From: Paragordius varius
Lineage: Eukaryota; Animalia; Nematomorpha
DNA: 64,000 nucleotides
Direction of reading: 5' to 3'
Assembly (NCBI GenBank): GCA_964247055.1
Contig: OZ176050.1
Coordinates: forward strand, 9,238,001 to 9,302,000
In this document: positions 50,658 through 63,237 of the stretch, one piece after another
Layout: the number at the start of each line of letters is the position of its first letter
Position numbering within the stretch: position 1 is the first letter of the stretch
Program-made: the position numbers and the translations under genes
The notes under the pieces: generated by a model
Seen by the model: the letters and a program-made list of their open reading frames with translations, nothing else
Databases searched by the model: none
Told to the model about the DNA's origin: nothing

Positions 50658-51236
50658 CACTTCGATTCAATTTGGGGTATCTAAATACCCCAGACTAAAT
50701 TTGAATTAGGATTTTTTAAAAACCACTGAAGGAAACGGTCCAAATTTAAATTTATGCTTCTATCCTAATAAAAATTATATAGATATGCCAAAATGTTTAA
50801 ATAAAATTTTGTTTTGAAAAAAAAGTTCCATGTCAAACTAGTTCGACGCCATTTTTATTTTACAAAATTTTCGCAAAATATCGTCTTCATTTAATTTTAA
50901 GGGTAAAATTAAGGCTATTTTTTTATTTAAATTACATCTAATATTGATAGAAATAGAAAAAGCGGTTTATTCCGTTGTATTTTTTAATTTTACCATTCCA
51001 CATATGTCACGTTGACGAAATTTCTACCTCTCGGTTTTAGCTAAAAATAATTAATATCAAGTATTTTTAAATAAATTTTTTAATATATTTCAGTTTTTTA
51101 ATGTCATAAGTGCACATTTTTCGATGGTTTCGATTCCTTCCATATTTTGTAAAAAAATTAATTTTAAATAGGCCTGGGGGATTTAACTACCCCAATTTGA
51201 ATCGAAGGACTAAAATGAATGTGTTGTATCCAAGTG
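50658..51236 (-). mobile_element. Family P piggyBac-like MITE
   Basis: TTAA|CACTTCGATTCAA...GTGTTGTATCCAAGTG|TTAA; further fragments at ~50420-50650 and ~51340-51528. Confidence 0.85.
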
Positions 51237-51939
51237 TTAATATAAAAAGGAAAAATGGTATATTTGCACTATGTTTAAATTTAGCTTATGAACACATGAT
51301 GTTGTCTAAATTCTTACCTTTAAGTTTTACCTCTGAATAAGTAATATCAAGTATGTTTGAATGAATTTATTTTTATATTTTAATTCAATAATGTTATATA
51401 AGTGCAAACATTTACCATGGTTTCAATTTATTCCAAATTTTTTGATATATTTGATTATAAACAAGCCTGTGGTATCTTACCCTAATTTGAATCGAAGGAC
51501 TGATTTAATATTTTGTATCCCTGTGTTAATAGAATTTTGTAAGTATATTTTCAGAAAAATGGATTTCTAAACTTATCCCAGGCCGCACCTAGGAGGTCCG
51601 CGCGTTAAAAACTCCTTGGTGTAAAGGAATTTAATATCCGTTCGGATTTTTTAGAATTCAACCCTCACACCCGTAAACAGAAGTTAGAAAAATGATTGCA
51701 TTTATAAGCCGAATTTTAGTTTTTAACGCCCAAATTTTGTTAAAACTTGCGGCCGTTTTGGCCATAGCGGCTCTACGTATTATCTCGGGCGTACAATATT
51801 ATCCTCACGTATTAAACTCCTTAGATATGTGTAATTTTTGACTAATTCAATAAGCCGTTAATAGTTACTGAAGCGTTAGCAATTTTCAGGTTAATTTACA
51901 ATATTAAGATTAATGTGGAGCCCTTATTGTTCACACTCA

Positions 51940-52260
51940 TTTATAAATGTTACAATATTAGCAATAATGAGCTTGGGCTGTCTTCGAAGATAACCGTATC
52001 GTCTGTATAAGGAATAGAAGGAAGATCATAACCTCCGACGTGTATGCCGAATATATCAGGCAAGCTCATGCATTCAAGATATGCATTGAGCAGAATAGGC
52101 GATAAGACGCATCCCAGACGTAACCCCTGACTCACCATACATGAATCAGTCATTGGAAACCGTAGCAGTCGAACTTAAGTCAATTGAATGCGTTGAAACT
52201 CTAACTCTTAACAATAAAGGTAGGTCATTATTTTGCATGGAGTGTAAATGCCCTGGAAAA
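51940..52260 (-). pseudogene. Non-LTR (RTE-like) reverse transcriptase fragment
   Basis: SQGLRLGCVLSPILLNAY and IPYTDDTVIF correspond to the RT motifs QGxxLSP and YADD. Confidence 0.8.
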
Positions 52261-52349
52261 ATCTTATAAATCTCCTTATTTCATTTTTATATGTTTGCCA
52301 ATATCCAACTTATATTGGCTATATACCTCTACATCCTCTCCTTTTAGCC

Positions 52350-52822
52350 TAAGTAAGTGATAATGGTTTCAATAGATTGAAGGCGTTTTTTAATTATTTT
52401 TAAGAAGATTTTAGACATTATTTGTTAAAAATATTTCCCTCTAGTTGTTACATATTTTTGAAATTGATTTTAAAAGTTTTAATTGTTTTTGGTTCAGTTT
52501 TTAGCTTCTCACCCAATTTATAATGGTGACTGTATTTGACCGTCCTTATGCTGTTGTGAAAAATGCTGTTTATTTGTATTCACACCAATCACCTTTGACT
52601 TTTGTTTAAACAGCAGTTTTCACAGCATAAGGACGGATAAAAACAGATACTATTATAAATTGGATGAGAAGCTAAAAACCGAAGCCAAAAACACTCAAAA
52701 CTTTTTTAAAAAAATTCGAAATTTTACAGAACAATATCTCTAACAAAAATTTAAAATTTTCTTTAACATAATTAAAAAACGCCTTCAATCGATTTTTGAA
52801 CCAGAAATATCACTTACTCAGT
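52350..52822. mobile_element. ~470-bp hairpin MITE with ~220-bp arms
   Basis: AGTAAGTGATA..GATTGAAGGCGTTTTTTAAT..AGCTTCTC..CCGTCCTTATGCTG is mirrored by CAGCATAAGGACGG..GAGAAGCT..ATTAAAAAACGCCTTCAATC..TATCACTTACT. Confidence 0.7.
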
Positions 52823-52829
52823 AGTTTCC

Positions 52830-53930
52830 TAAAAGGGAGGGAACGCAGAAATACATAGTAAAAATATCCTAATGAAATATATATATTCTGATAGGATAAT
52901 GTATCAGGATTATCATGGTGTTTTTGCATTTGACCACATTTTTCGTAAATTTTTTTTGATGGCTCTCCTCTTCCAAAAAATATCACTCAAAAATATTATA
53001 AACTACTTATTAACAAAACAATATTTTTATATGTGGGCTCAAAAAGTTCCAAAATTTTTACTCTCCTAAAATGGGATAGTTTTCTTAAAACAATCTCAAA
53101 AATGCCGAGATTGAGTGATAAAAATTTAAATATATACTAAATTTTTGTATCAACAAAAATATTTTTTAAAAAATGCATACGTTTTTCAAAAATTTAATTT
53201 TTAGAAAAATTTTGTTGCGTACTTCATACTGTTTTGAGGCATGATGCAAACGGTATAAAAACGTTTGATATTGTAAAACTTTTTCTGCATAATTCGATGA
53301 TGCTGAACATTTCTATGACCTCAGAATTTTGATTAAAATATATTTCATCTTCAAATGTATTTAAAATATAAATTGTCTTTTTTATGAAAATTCACCGAAA
53401 ATTTTAAAGGAAACGAACCTTTAAATTAAAATTCTGAAGTGATAAAAATGTTCAGCATTATCGAATTAGAAATTGTTTTTTCTAATATCTTTAACCGTTT
53501 TAAACTGTTTCCACAATGCCTTATAATAGTATGAAGCCCGCTTCAACCAAATTTTGCTAAGATAAATTTTTGAAAAAATATGCATTTTTAAAAAACATTT
53601 TTTAGTTGACAGAACCTTTTCGCGCTATCTGCATTTTTGGGATTATTTAAAGAAAACTAGTCCATTTCGAAAGAGCGAAAAAATTTGCGTGTTTTGAAGC
53701 CCACATCTAAATATTAAATTTTTTAAAAATATTATAATTTTTTATATGTAGTTTATGATACATTTTAATGATATTTTTTGGAGTGAAGCATTTAGCTTTC
53801 ACCAAAAAAATTTTATCTAAAAAAATGTGCTTAAATTTTGACATTTTTTATATGGAGCATGTACCACAAAAGTGTAAATAATTTTCTTAGAAAAGCACCA
53901 TGAGAATCCTAATACATATCCTATCATAAT
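52830..53930. repeat. Degenerate family R-related sequence (two opposed fragments)
   Basis: Similarity to 18350-18750 in reverse (52860-53190) and forward (53190-53930) orientation. Confidence 0.5.
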
Positions 53931-55106
53931 CTGATATCGTCAGGATATTTTCTAATACCTCCGATTTCGTACACTGTGTAATCTCCGTTTTTCAGCTATG
54001 GCAAGACTATTTTCTTAAAATTATTATTTTATGTCATAACTATATCATATAATTTTTAAAATTCGTCGCGTTTTTGCCTTTGTTTTTAAATAACTAGCCC
54101 GTTGGAGGCAAAAAATTTATTTTTTCGCATAATGTGCTGACATTTTGTTATCATTCGAGGGGAGCAAATACCGCAAAGTAAATATCTTTTTTATGACTTG
54201 AAAGGCCCAAAACCAAATTCTGATCTATATTATCAGAAAATAAATATAATTAAGAGATTTATTGTGTGCTTGTAAATTCAAAACATCTTGCAACGCTTTG
54301 CAATAATTAAATCAGTTGAAAAAAAAAGAAAAAAACTAAATGGCGATTGGAACAAAATTTCTGAATATAAAATAAAAGTCAGCCAATTACAGTGAAAAGA
54401 TTTATGTTTAGATGTGAGATTATACAAGGGCCTACAGAATAAGGAAGAGAATAGACGTGTTTCAGGGTTTGAGGAATTTATGGCGTCTAAAACGGGACTC
54501 CTTATCAGGTTATACCTAAACATCCACCATGAATCTACAAGTCTTAATTAATAAAGCAACGAGATTCTTGACAGGGGACATGTGCAAAAATTAATAGTGT
54601 TGAAAATGCCAATTGTATGCAACGGTAATTCCTCATTTCTAGCCATGCCAATGGCAGATACCCTATCAATAAATTCCTCGCATAATACCCCTCTGATTAA
54701 ATCAATATAAAAGATTTAAATCACTATAGACAAGGGTCATTTGAGATTAAATAAAATATAGTTTTGAACAGTATAATAAAAATTAAATCAAATATATTGA
54801 CATGGTAAGCGGTGGAAAATTCTGTTGTCAAATAATTCAACAATGACAACAGGAGACAAAATTTGAGTAAAGGATAAAAATGGGGATTTTACTACATATT
54901 TACGATTTCTTTGTTTTAGCTAAAACACCCACATATAATCTTTTGAAGGTTTGGTGGGAGAGGAGTATTAAATTATTCTGGCGCAAATAAATTTAATGGG
55001 TTTTAAAATTTTTACAACATTTAATTTTAACAGTCATTAAAAAAATGCGCAAAATTACCTTTAAAATGATTTTTTATAATTATAATTTTTTTGGTTTTAT
55101 TTAAAG

Positions 55107-55610
55107 CAGTAGTCTTCAATCTTTTTTCATTCACGTCCCACCGAATTGAAAAAAATTCTTGCGCATCTTCCCAAAGGGAAAAGTGCAAAATTCTACGATC
55201 TGATTTCCTGAAAAAACATTCTTTTTGGGTTAGTCGATGGTACTCGCAAAAGAAGCCGTCTCAAAAAGCGGTGGCTCGATATCCTTATATCAGTGACAAA
55301 CCTTACCATTTACCAAATAATTCAAAAGTCGTAAGATCGACTGGAATGGAAAACGCTTATTTATGAGAAAGCTAAGAGTCGCTACGCGACTAGCTTCTAG
55401 CACACACACAAACACAATTTAACATAAAAATTATAATCAATCAGATCCTTTCCGGAATTGTAGAAATAACAAAAACTTCATAATTTTCCCGTAAGATGTT
55501 CATTAACCGTCAATTTGTTTCTAGTTTATTATTAATTGAATCTCCAAACAAATTTTTTTACCGCCCTTCCTCTTCTAGGTTTTTCTAGGTCCCTTTTTTG
55601 GGAACCACTG
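55107..55610. mobile_element. 504-bp Buster-type hAT MITE
   Basis: CAGTAGTCTTCAA...GGGAACCACTG with a perfect 8-bp TSD ATTTAAAG. Confidence 0.85.
55232..55415 (+). mobile_element. RTE LINE 3'-end fragment with (AC)n tail, inside the hAT MITE
   Basis: Frame VDGTRKRSRLKKRWLDIL...DRLEWKTLI matches the RTE C-terminal GRPKxRWxD...DRxxWR pattern, followed by CACACACACAAACAC. Confidence 0.65.
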
Positions 55611-55899
55611 ATTTAAAGTATATTACATATTCCTAATCATAATACTTATACCTAATTATTTGTAAAGATATGTATTTTATTATTTCATTTTTTTTAAATA
55701 TATTTATTTATTTTTAGGTTTTATTTTTTAAATTGATTTTTTTCATTTAATTTTTAGGTATTATATCTGTTTATTTTTATTTTATTTTTTAATCTGTTAT
55801 GATTTTTTACTGTATTTTCTTTTTAATTGGATTTTCATTTTTTTATGTTGTATATAAGGCGTGCATGTGAGACCTGGGTCGGTGCACGGAGGTAGAGGC

Positions 55900-57830
55900 C
55901 AATAAGGCTAAAGAATGATGTAGAGTGTGTTTTGCCAGTATAAATGTTGGTTTGTTAAGAAAGTAATCTATATGAATTAGTTGAAACTATGAGGGTAAAA
56001 AGTTAATTTCTTGTGCATTCAGGAGGCTAGATATCGGTGAAACGGTAACAAGGCGTTAGACAAAATGTTTTATTTAGGTTCTAAGGATGGTTACAGTGGA
56101 GTCGCAATAATAGTCTGTCCAAGATTCGCCAATCAAGTAATTGATGATAGACTTGCTTACAGTAAAATTATAAATATTCACTTATTGTTAGATAAGAGGG
56201 TTTTTACCATCTATAGCGTGAACAGATAAATCATAGCGGTGATTTCAAATGGGCATGGATAAAATCGAAGATGATTTGAGCTATGGAATGGCGGTTAAGG
56301 TTACGGGATTAAAATTGAAGAATGGGCTAGTTCATTTAGATTTGCTCAATATTATAACTTGGCTATAACAAATATTTTCTTTACTAAAACGGATAGTCAT
56401 TTAATTACCCATGAAAGGGGAAATAAGAAGTCAGAAATCGATTATATCCGTGTGAAGTGAAAGTGTTTAAAATATGTTGTGGACAAGGCCTGACTTAACC
56501 TGCAGATTAGTACACAACATAATTTTATTATATGTAAATATATGACAGATATACCTTTAAATATTAAGCGTGAGCTAGCGTTGCAGCAATTAAATGGACT
56601 TCCTTACGAAACAGTAAAGAAAAATTTGTGGAAACGGTAGGTATACTTGACAGAATCAGCGATCCAGAAATTGGTCACAGGTGGCTAAAAAAATTATAAT
56701 TGTGGGAGTTAGGGTATGATACCATCCGAATAGAAAGAGAGTTTCACCGTTCCCATTTTAAAGGGTAAAAGAGACATAAATGATTGTAATTATTACAGAG
56801 GAATACAACGATCCGAATCATTCAGTAAGAGGGTTAATTGAAAAGCATATACGAGAAAGGAGTTGCATGGAATATTAATCGATATTAAAAAGGAGTTTGA
56901 CAGGATACCACGGAGTACAATATGGTGGAGTTTAAGGCGAAGAAAAGTTCCTTAACGTTGCATAAAAATTCTAAAAAGCATGTACGGCTCTTACCAAACA
57001 AGGTAAAATACATCAGAGAGTGTCAGATTATTGAAATAAACTAAAGCGTCTATCAGGTTTCAGCATATAGTCAGTTGCTATTTATAATATGCATGGACGA
57101 AATTTCAAAAGAATTGGTAGAATATGGAGGCTGGCATTTGCTTTATGCAGACCTGATTGTGTTGGTAGACATGTCGAATTAATTGAAAGAATTGGTGAAA
57201 TCGATTGATGTGCTATAAGAAGGCGGTTTAAAAGTAAATAAAAAGAAAAGGGAACTCATAAATTTTGGTGGGAAAAACGCTATATAATTAAAAGATGTTT
57301 GGGGTTTAATAGATCAGGAGGTTGCAAATATTTATGAGCGATTTTAGCAGCAGATGGTTCTTTAACGCATGATATAAATTAGAATTCAAAATAGTTTGGC
57401 ATATAAAAAGATCTCAATTGTATGGTGCGTTGAAATTATCCATGTAAAAGTCCAGAGTATCATTTACAGTGCTCTTGTACAACCAACAATGATGCACAAC
57501 TTACAGACATGGGTATTAAAGAAATTAGAATAAAGGCACTTTGAAGTTACTGAAATGAGAATGTGATTGATGTACGGTGTAGAAGAAACACAGAGTGAGG
57601 ATATTGATTAGAGCAAGTAAAGTAATCAAACCGACAACGCAAAAGATTATGTTAAATCATCTTAGATGGTTTGAACATGTAGAGAGAAGACATGGTAACA
57701 ATATTGGTAGAATGATTGTTAATTATATTGTGAAAGGTAGGGGGGAAGAGGGCGCCCTAAAGCGCGATTTAAAAATGACATGGCAAAATTCCTAAAAAAC
57801 ACGGACGCAGCAGTTTGCAAAATAGTTTAC
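55900..57830 (+). pseudogene. Heavily decayed RTE-type LINE (endonuclease to RT C-terminus)
   Basis: Ordered broken motifs: CIQEARY, GVAIIV, LAITNIFFTKTDSHLITH, IDYI, LYADLIVL, GLKVNKK, HLRWFEHVERR, RGRPK-like. Many stops and frameshifts. Confidence 0.8.
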
Positions 57831-58120
57831 GAATATGACCGCTAGAAAGAGTGATATCATGCAATGTAATTACTAGCATTCTTTTATTTAATTTAAATGA
57901 ACCGTATTGTATACTAGCTGACCGTGACACGCTTCACTATGACGTATTTTTACGGATAATTATTCTTATAAAATTTTGCAATAAATAGAGAAATATAAAA
58001 ATAAGAAAAAAACATATTTATTAACAAGAATATCTTTAAATATTTTCTTAAGGGTTTTTGCACAGGCTCAAATATTGTTATTACTCGAAATCGACCATAT
58101 TAAAACAGTCCCTTATTTAA

Positions 58121-58681
58121 CACTTCGATACAACACATTCATTTTACTTCGATTCAAATTGGGGTAGTAGAATACCACAGGTTGGTTTAAAATTAAATCC
58201 TTTAAAAAATATGGAAGGAATCGAAACCATGGCAAAATTTTGCACTCATATAACATTAATAAACCGAAATATATAAAAAATAAAAATACTTTACATTTAT
58301 TATAAGCTAAAACGAAAGGCAAAAATTTAGTCAACGTGACAAGAGTGCAATGGCAAAATTGAAAAATAACACATAATAAACCGCTTTTTTATTTCTGTCA
58401 ATGTTAGATGTAAATTAAATAAAAAATTAGCTTTAATTTTACACTTAAGATTTAATTTTGACGAGATTTTGCAAAAACTTTGTTAAATAAAAATGGCGTC
58501 GAAGTAGTTTGTTATGAATTTTTTTAAAATTAAATTTATTTAGATATTTTGTCTAATGTATATAATTTTTATTAGGATAAAATCATATATTTAAATTGGG
58601 ACCGTTTCTTTCAGTAGTTTTGTAAAAATCCTAACTCAAATTTAGTCTGAGGTATTTAATATCCCAATTTAAATCGAAAAG
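58121..58681 (+). mobile_element. Family P MITE ending ~150 bp upstream of the eIF1A start codon
   Basis: TTAA|CACTTCGATACAACAC...TCCCAATTTAAATCGAA; right end degenerate. Confidence 0.75.
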
Positions 58682-58829
58682 TTATGTTACTATTCAACTA
58701 TCATTGGATTTATTTTAAAATTTTCACAAAATGGTTAAATGTTTTATTATGAGATAAAAAATAAAAATTTGCCGATTTATCATTGCAATTATTCATCTGA
58801 TTTGCCATTACAAAATTAACTTATCTTAG

Positions 58830-59453
58830 ATGCCTAAAAATAAAGGTTGCTCATAATTTTTAAAGTATAGGAAAGGGAGGTAAAAATCGCAGAAGAGGAA
58901 AAAATGAAAACGACACGGAAAAACGAGAATTGATTTTTAAAGAAGATGGTCAAGAATATGCTCAAGTCACTAAAATGTTAGGGAATGGTAGATTAGAAGC
59001 GTCATGTTTTGATGGCGTTAAGCGACTTTGCCACATAAGAGGAAAGCTAAGGAAAAAAGTTTTAAATTGATCTTCTATTTTTAGGTCTGGATTAGTCAAG
59101 GGGATATAATTTTGATTGGATTGCGGGATTATCAAGATACAAAGGCTGATGTCATTCTCAAATATAATGCAAATGAAGCTCGTAACTTAAAAAACTATGG
59201 TGAACTTCCATCATCCGGTAAAATTTAATTTTTATTTGTAGCAAAAATCAATGAGACTGATATGTTTGGAGCCCAACCTGAAGATGATAACATTGAGTTT
59301 GATGATCAAGAAGATGAAGAAAGTAGTGAAGATGAAAGCGAGGACGAAGTTGATGATGTACATTTATTTTATATTACATTTTTATTTATTCTAAAATGTA
59401 ACGGGATATAACTAAAGATAATTGTAAATATTTAGATTCATGTATTATGCTAA
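58830..59453 (+). CDS. eIF1A: Eukaryotic translation initiation factor 1A
   Basis: Exons 58830-58845, 58871-59058, 59085-59217, 59242-59357 and probably 59436-59453 give [18 protein letters not shown]...[21 protein letters not shown]...[36 protein letters not shown] with an acidic tail. Introns are 25, 26 and 24 nt. The last exon is uncertain. Confidence 0.97.
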
Positions 59454-62400
59454 GAGACATTGCTTTAGAATTACAGAGCGGTTTGATTGGGTTAAATTGA
59501 TTTATTTAGTGTTTTCTGCTATTATTTAGCTACACAATTTGAGGGAAATTAAACGGTCAATAATTAATCGTCTAACTTTATATAAAACGTTTGACTTTAA
59601 AAATTTATAAATTCTTTTGCCCATTCTTACCAAATAAATATTTAAGGAGCACTTTACAAAAGCCTGTTAAACAATATTATTGATTTGGTTTTTTTCTGAA
59701 AATTGCATGACTTTTTTAAACTTAGCATAATATCGCTGTATACATATCGATATTTTTATAATAGTCAAATCTTAGGGAAAATCAGCCACATCATTATTTT
59801 TTTGCATTATTGACAGTTAAATCATAAATATGTTAAAAAATAGTTTTCCTATCTCTTTAACAAAAAGTATCCAATAATGCGACGTTTTTTAATATTAGAA
59901 GTTTTTATTGATTTTGAATAAAATTGGCCCTTTATTTACATGTCACCTCATTATAAAATTGTGCTGAATATATTAAATGTGTACTCCTGTTTTTTGGATA
60001 ATAATTTGAATACTCGTTGAAATAGTTTGGAAAATGTATCAGTTGTTTTCTTAATTCATGCTTTTTAAATTTTAATCAGAACCATTATTTAACCTTTTTC
60101 TGTTAGAAGGATATCTTTTAACCAAATTATATATTTAAAAATTTATTTTTGTTTTTTAGATTTAGAGAGAGAAGAAACCAACTTTGGCAATTATAATTTT
60201 ATTATATTACTGTATTTATATTTTACATTATAATGATTATGTTTCATTGTGATTTGTATGAACATACTATGAACACAAATAAATATCTAATTTTTAAACA
60301 TGTAATTATTATAGTCATTTTTTTCTAGCAGGGAATTCATTTCACACTTCATTAGTATCTCATTTTTTTGTGGACGATTACATGGGGTATTGAACCCGAT
60401 AACTTAAACTTGTATATAAATTGATCTTTTAAAGGTTGTTTTGCATACAATTAAATTATAAATTATTCTTTTGTTTTAAGTATATTAATATTTATCTCGT
60501 TTACTAACATGATCCCATAATTGGAATAGCTCCAAAATCCATTTGAAATAAAAATTGAAATTTCTTAAAGTTTATTTATATTTTTTAACCATAATATACA
60601 TATTGTCTGTTGCCTTAGCGATTTTAACTGGAGAAAATGGATAAAAGTTTGAGATGATGATTTTAATGTAATTTTTTTAATCATGCACAGGAGACTAAAT
60701 AATGTATATTAAAGTTGGCCCAATATTTAAAATACTTTTCGAAATATTTGAATTTAAAATCGCTCTTGGGTACAAAACAAATCAAAGGTTATTAAGTTTT
60801 AATATAAAAACTTTTATTATACTATCAACTAATTCTTATATTACCTGTTCCAACATTAAATTCAAAATATCATATTCTTTATCATCTTTCATGTTATGTT
60901 TCTTGTTTACCTTTTAAGTTAGTATAATACGCTTCGCCACAGAAAATAAAGCTCCATAAATCATTTATCATTCTATAGCTAAAATCTTCGGGATAATGAA
61001 TATCGAAATGATATATGCGGTTAAAATACTAGAAAAAAAACTTATATTAATTTTTCTGTTATTAACCAAAAAAATATGGCAAATTAATGATATAAATAAT
61101 ATAATTTTACCAAGAATTTTCTAAACAAAATATTGAATTTATTTGGTCTTTTTTTCGCAGTCTATATAAAATGTTTTGAGGGCCGCATACATCTCTGAGC
61201 TATATATATCATATATTATATCTAAAAAACAAAACAAATTTTAATATTTAGTAAGCTCTCAAAGTCTTAAATTTTGAAGTCTCCAAAATGGCCTTTTCGT
61301 AAATTATTATGAAACAAAAAAAATATTTTTGTAAAATCGATATATAAAAATTTATTTTTGGAATTTTGTTTAAGCGTATTTTATAATATTTGGCATACCA
61401 TACAAATGACTTGATATAAAAACACTTTAATCTAATTCTATGACCAAATACTTCAGAAATTTTAAAATATTTTTCGACTTGGAATTTAAGTACGTTTTTT
61501 TTGTAAAGAAAAATATTTTTAAAGAGAATACCCACATTCTCTAATATTTAATACACCTGAATGGTTTTTTAACCATTTTATAGATAGGACCTAATTTATA
61601 ATTGGGCTATATATAAATATCCTGAAATTTATATAAATGTATCGAAATCTTATGCTTTACTAATGATATATGAAAGTTATTTGCGCTTTTGTTTTAATTG
61701 TTTGATATCGGGGTATTGCAAAATTGTATTTGATAAAAAATTTTTGGTAAAAGTTAGATGCTTTATTATTAAAATATAAAATACTATATATATAAAAAGT
61801 AAATATGTTTATTAAATTGTAATTAGATGTTGCTCTCCTAAAATGGGCTAGTTGTCTAAAAATTAACACAAAAATGCCGGACTTCGCATTAAAATTTATA
61901 CATATGCTAAAGTTCGATTATGGGATTTATAAAAATTATTTTTGTAAATGCATAATTTGTCATTGCACGCTATGATAATGGGTAATTATCGACCCCACAG
62001 CTTAAAGTAATAAACAAACCACATTTAATAATAATCAAAACCTTTTCTTGTGAATTAGTTAAAAAAGTACAATTTTTATTTTTTATCATCTAGAAATTCA
62101 GATAGCTTAACACAATTGTGATGAGCGCTTGATATTAAAATTTATAAACAAATATTTGCGGCTAAATTATAATTTAATGCTTTCCCGAGTTAATTATTTA
62201 TATTATTCAAACAAGATATACAGTTGTGTGTTGTAATCACGGAGAAAAATTATATTTTTTTACATTTTTAATTTTTTAAATATTTTTTATGCATTATCAT
62301 GCGCATAAAATGCAAGAGAAAACCAATTTTTAAGTTTGGCCCAATGTTAAAATTATTTTTTAAGATATTTAAATTTTAAATGACCCTGGGGTAAACTTGT

Positions 62401-63237
62401 ACAAATGGTCAAGTTAAATGGTAACGGTATAAAACGTTATATTTTATCAATACTTACAATACAATTTATGATGTGAAATTTCTATTACCTCATGATTTCG
62501 ATAGAAATATTTTGTGCTAAATATAAAGAAATATTAGATTTAAAAGCAAAGGAATCTTAAATCAAAATGATACTATAATATGTTCCACTTTAAAAAATTT
62601 AATTGAAAAAGTTTTTATATAATATTTTAAGAGTTTTCAATTTCTAATTTATCAAAATTTTGCCATAATGCTCACAAGCAGATATATTAATCGTGCATTC
62701 AACTTTTTAGCCTTTATTTTATACTTAGATCTAAATTGAGGCATCAAAACCACTTATTTTTGTTAATTTTTTAAAGTACTGAAAGAAACGTTTCCAATTT
62801 GAAATTAGTTGTAAAATTTTTTTTTACTAAATTATTTTCCAGTTCTTATTATAATTGCTAACGCAACATGCAAATACATGCATAATGTGGATAGAAATGT
62901 AAATAATATTTAAAAGCTCTTAGGTACATTTAACCAGCAAAAAATTGATTTTAATATCTGCTCTTTGTCTCGATCGTGTTTTGAAGCTGTTCCAATAAAT
63001 CCAGAAGTTATAAAACTTTTATAAAACAAAGTTTTTTTTAGTGAACAAGGACAATGTTTGATACAGATATTTTAAATAAATTAACTTTTAAAACATTTTC
63101 AAAATTGAGCTTTGGAAAATAAAATTACCCCAATATGTGAACTAAAACAAATAGGTGAAAAGATAATGAACTGTGAAGACACCATGGAAATGTCATGCGA
63201 AAAAAGAATGTATGAAACTACTTGACGCTATAATGTG

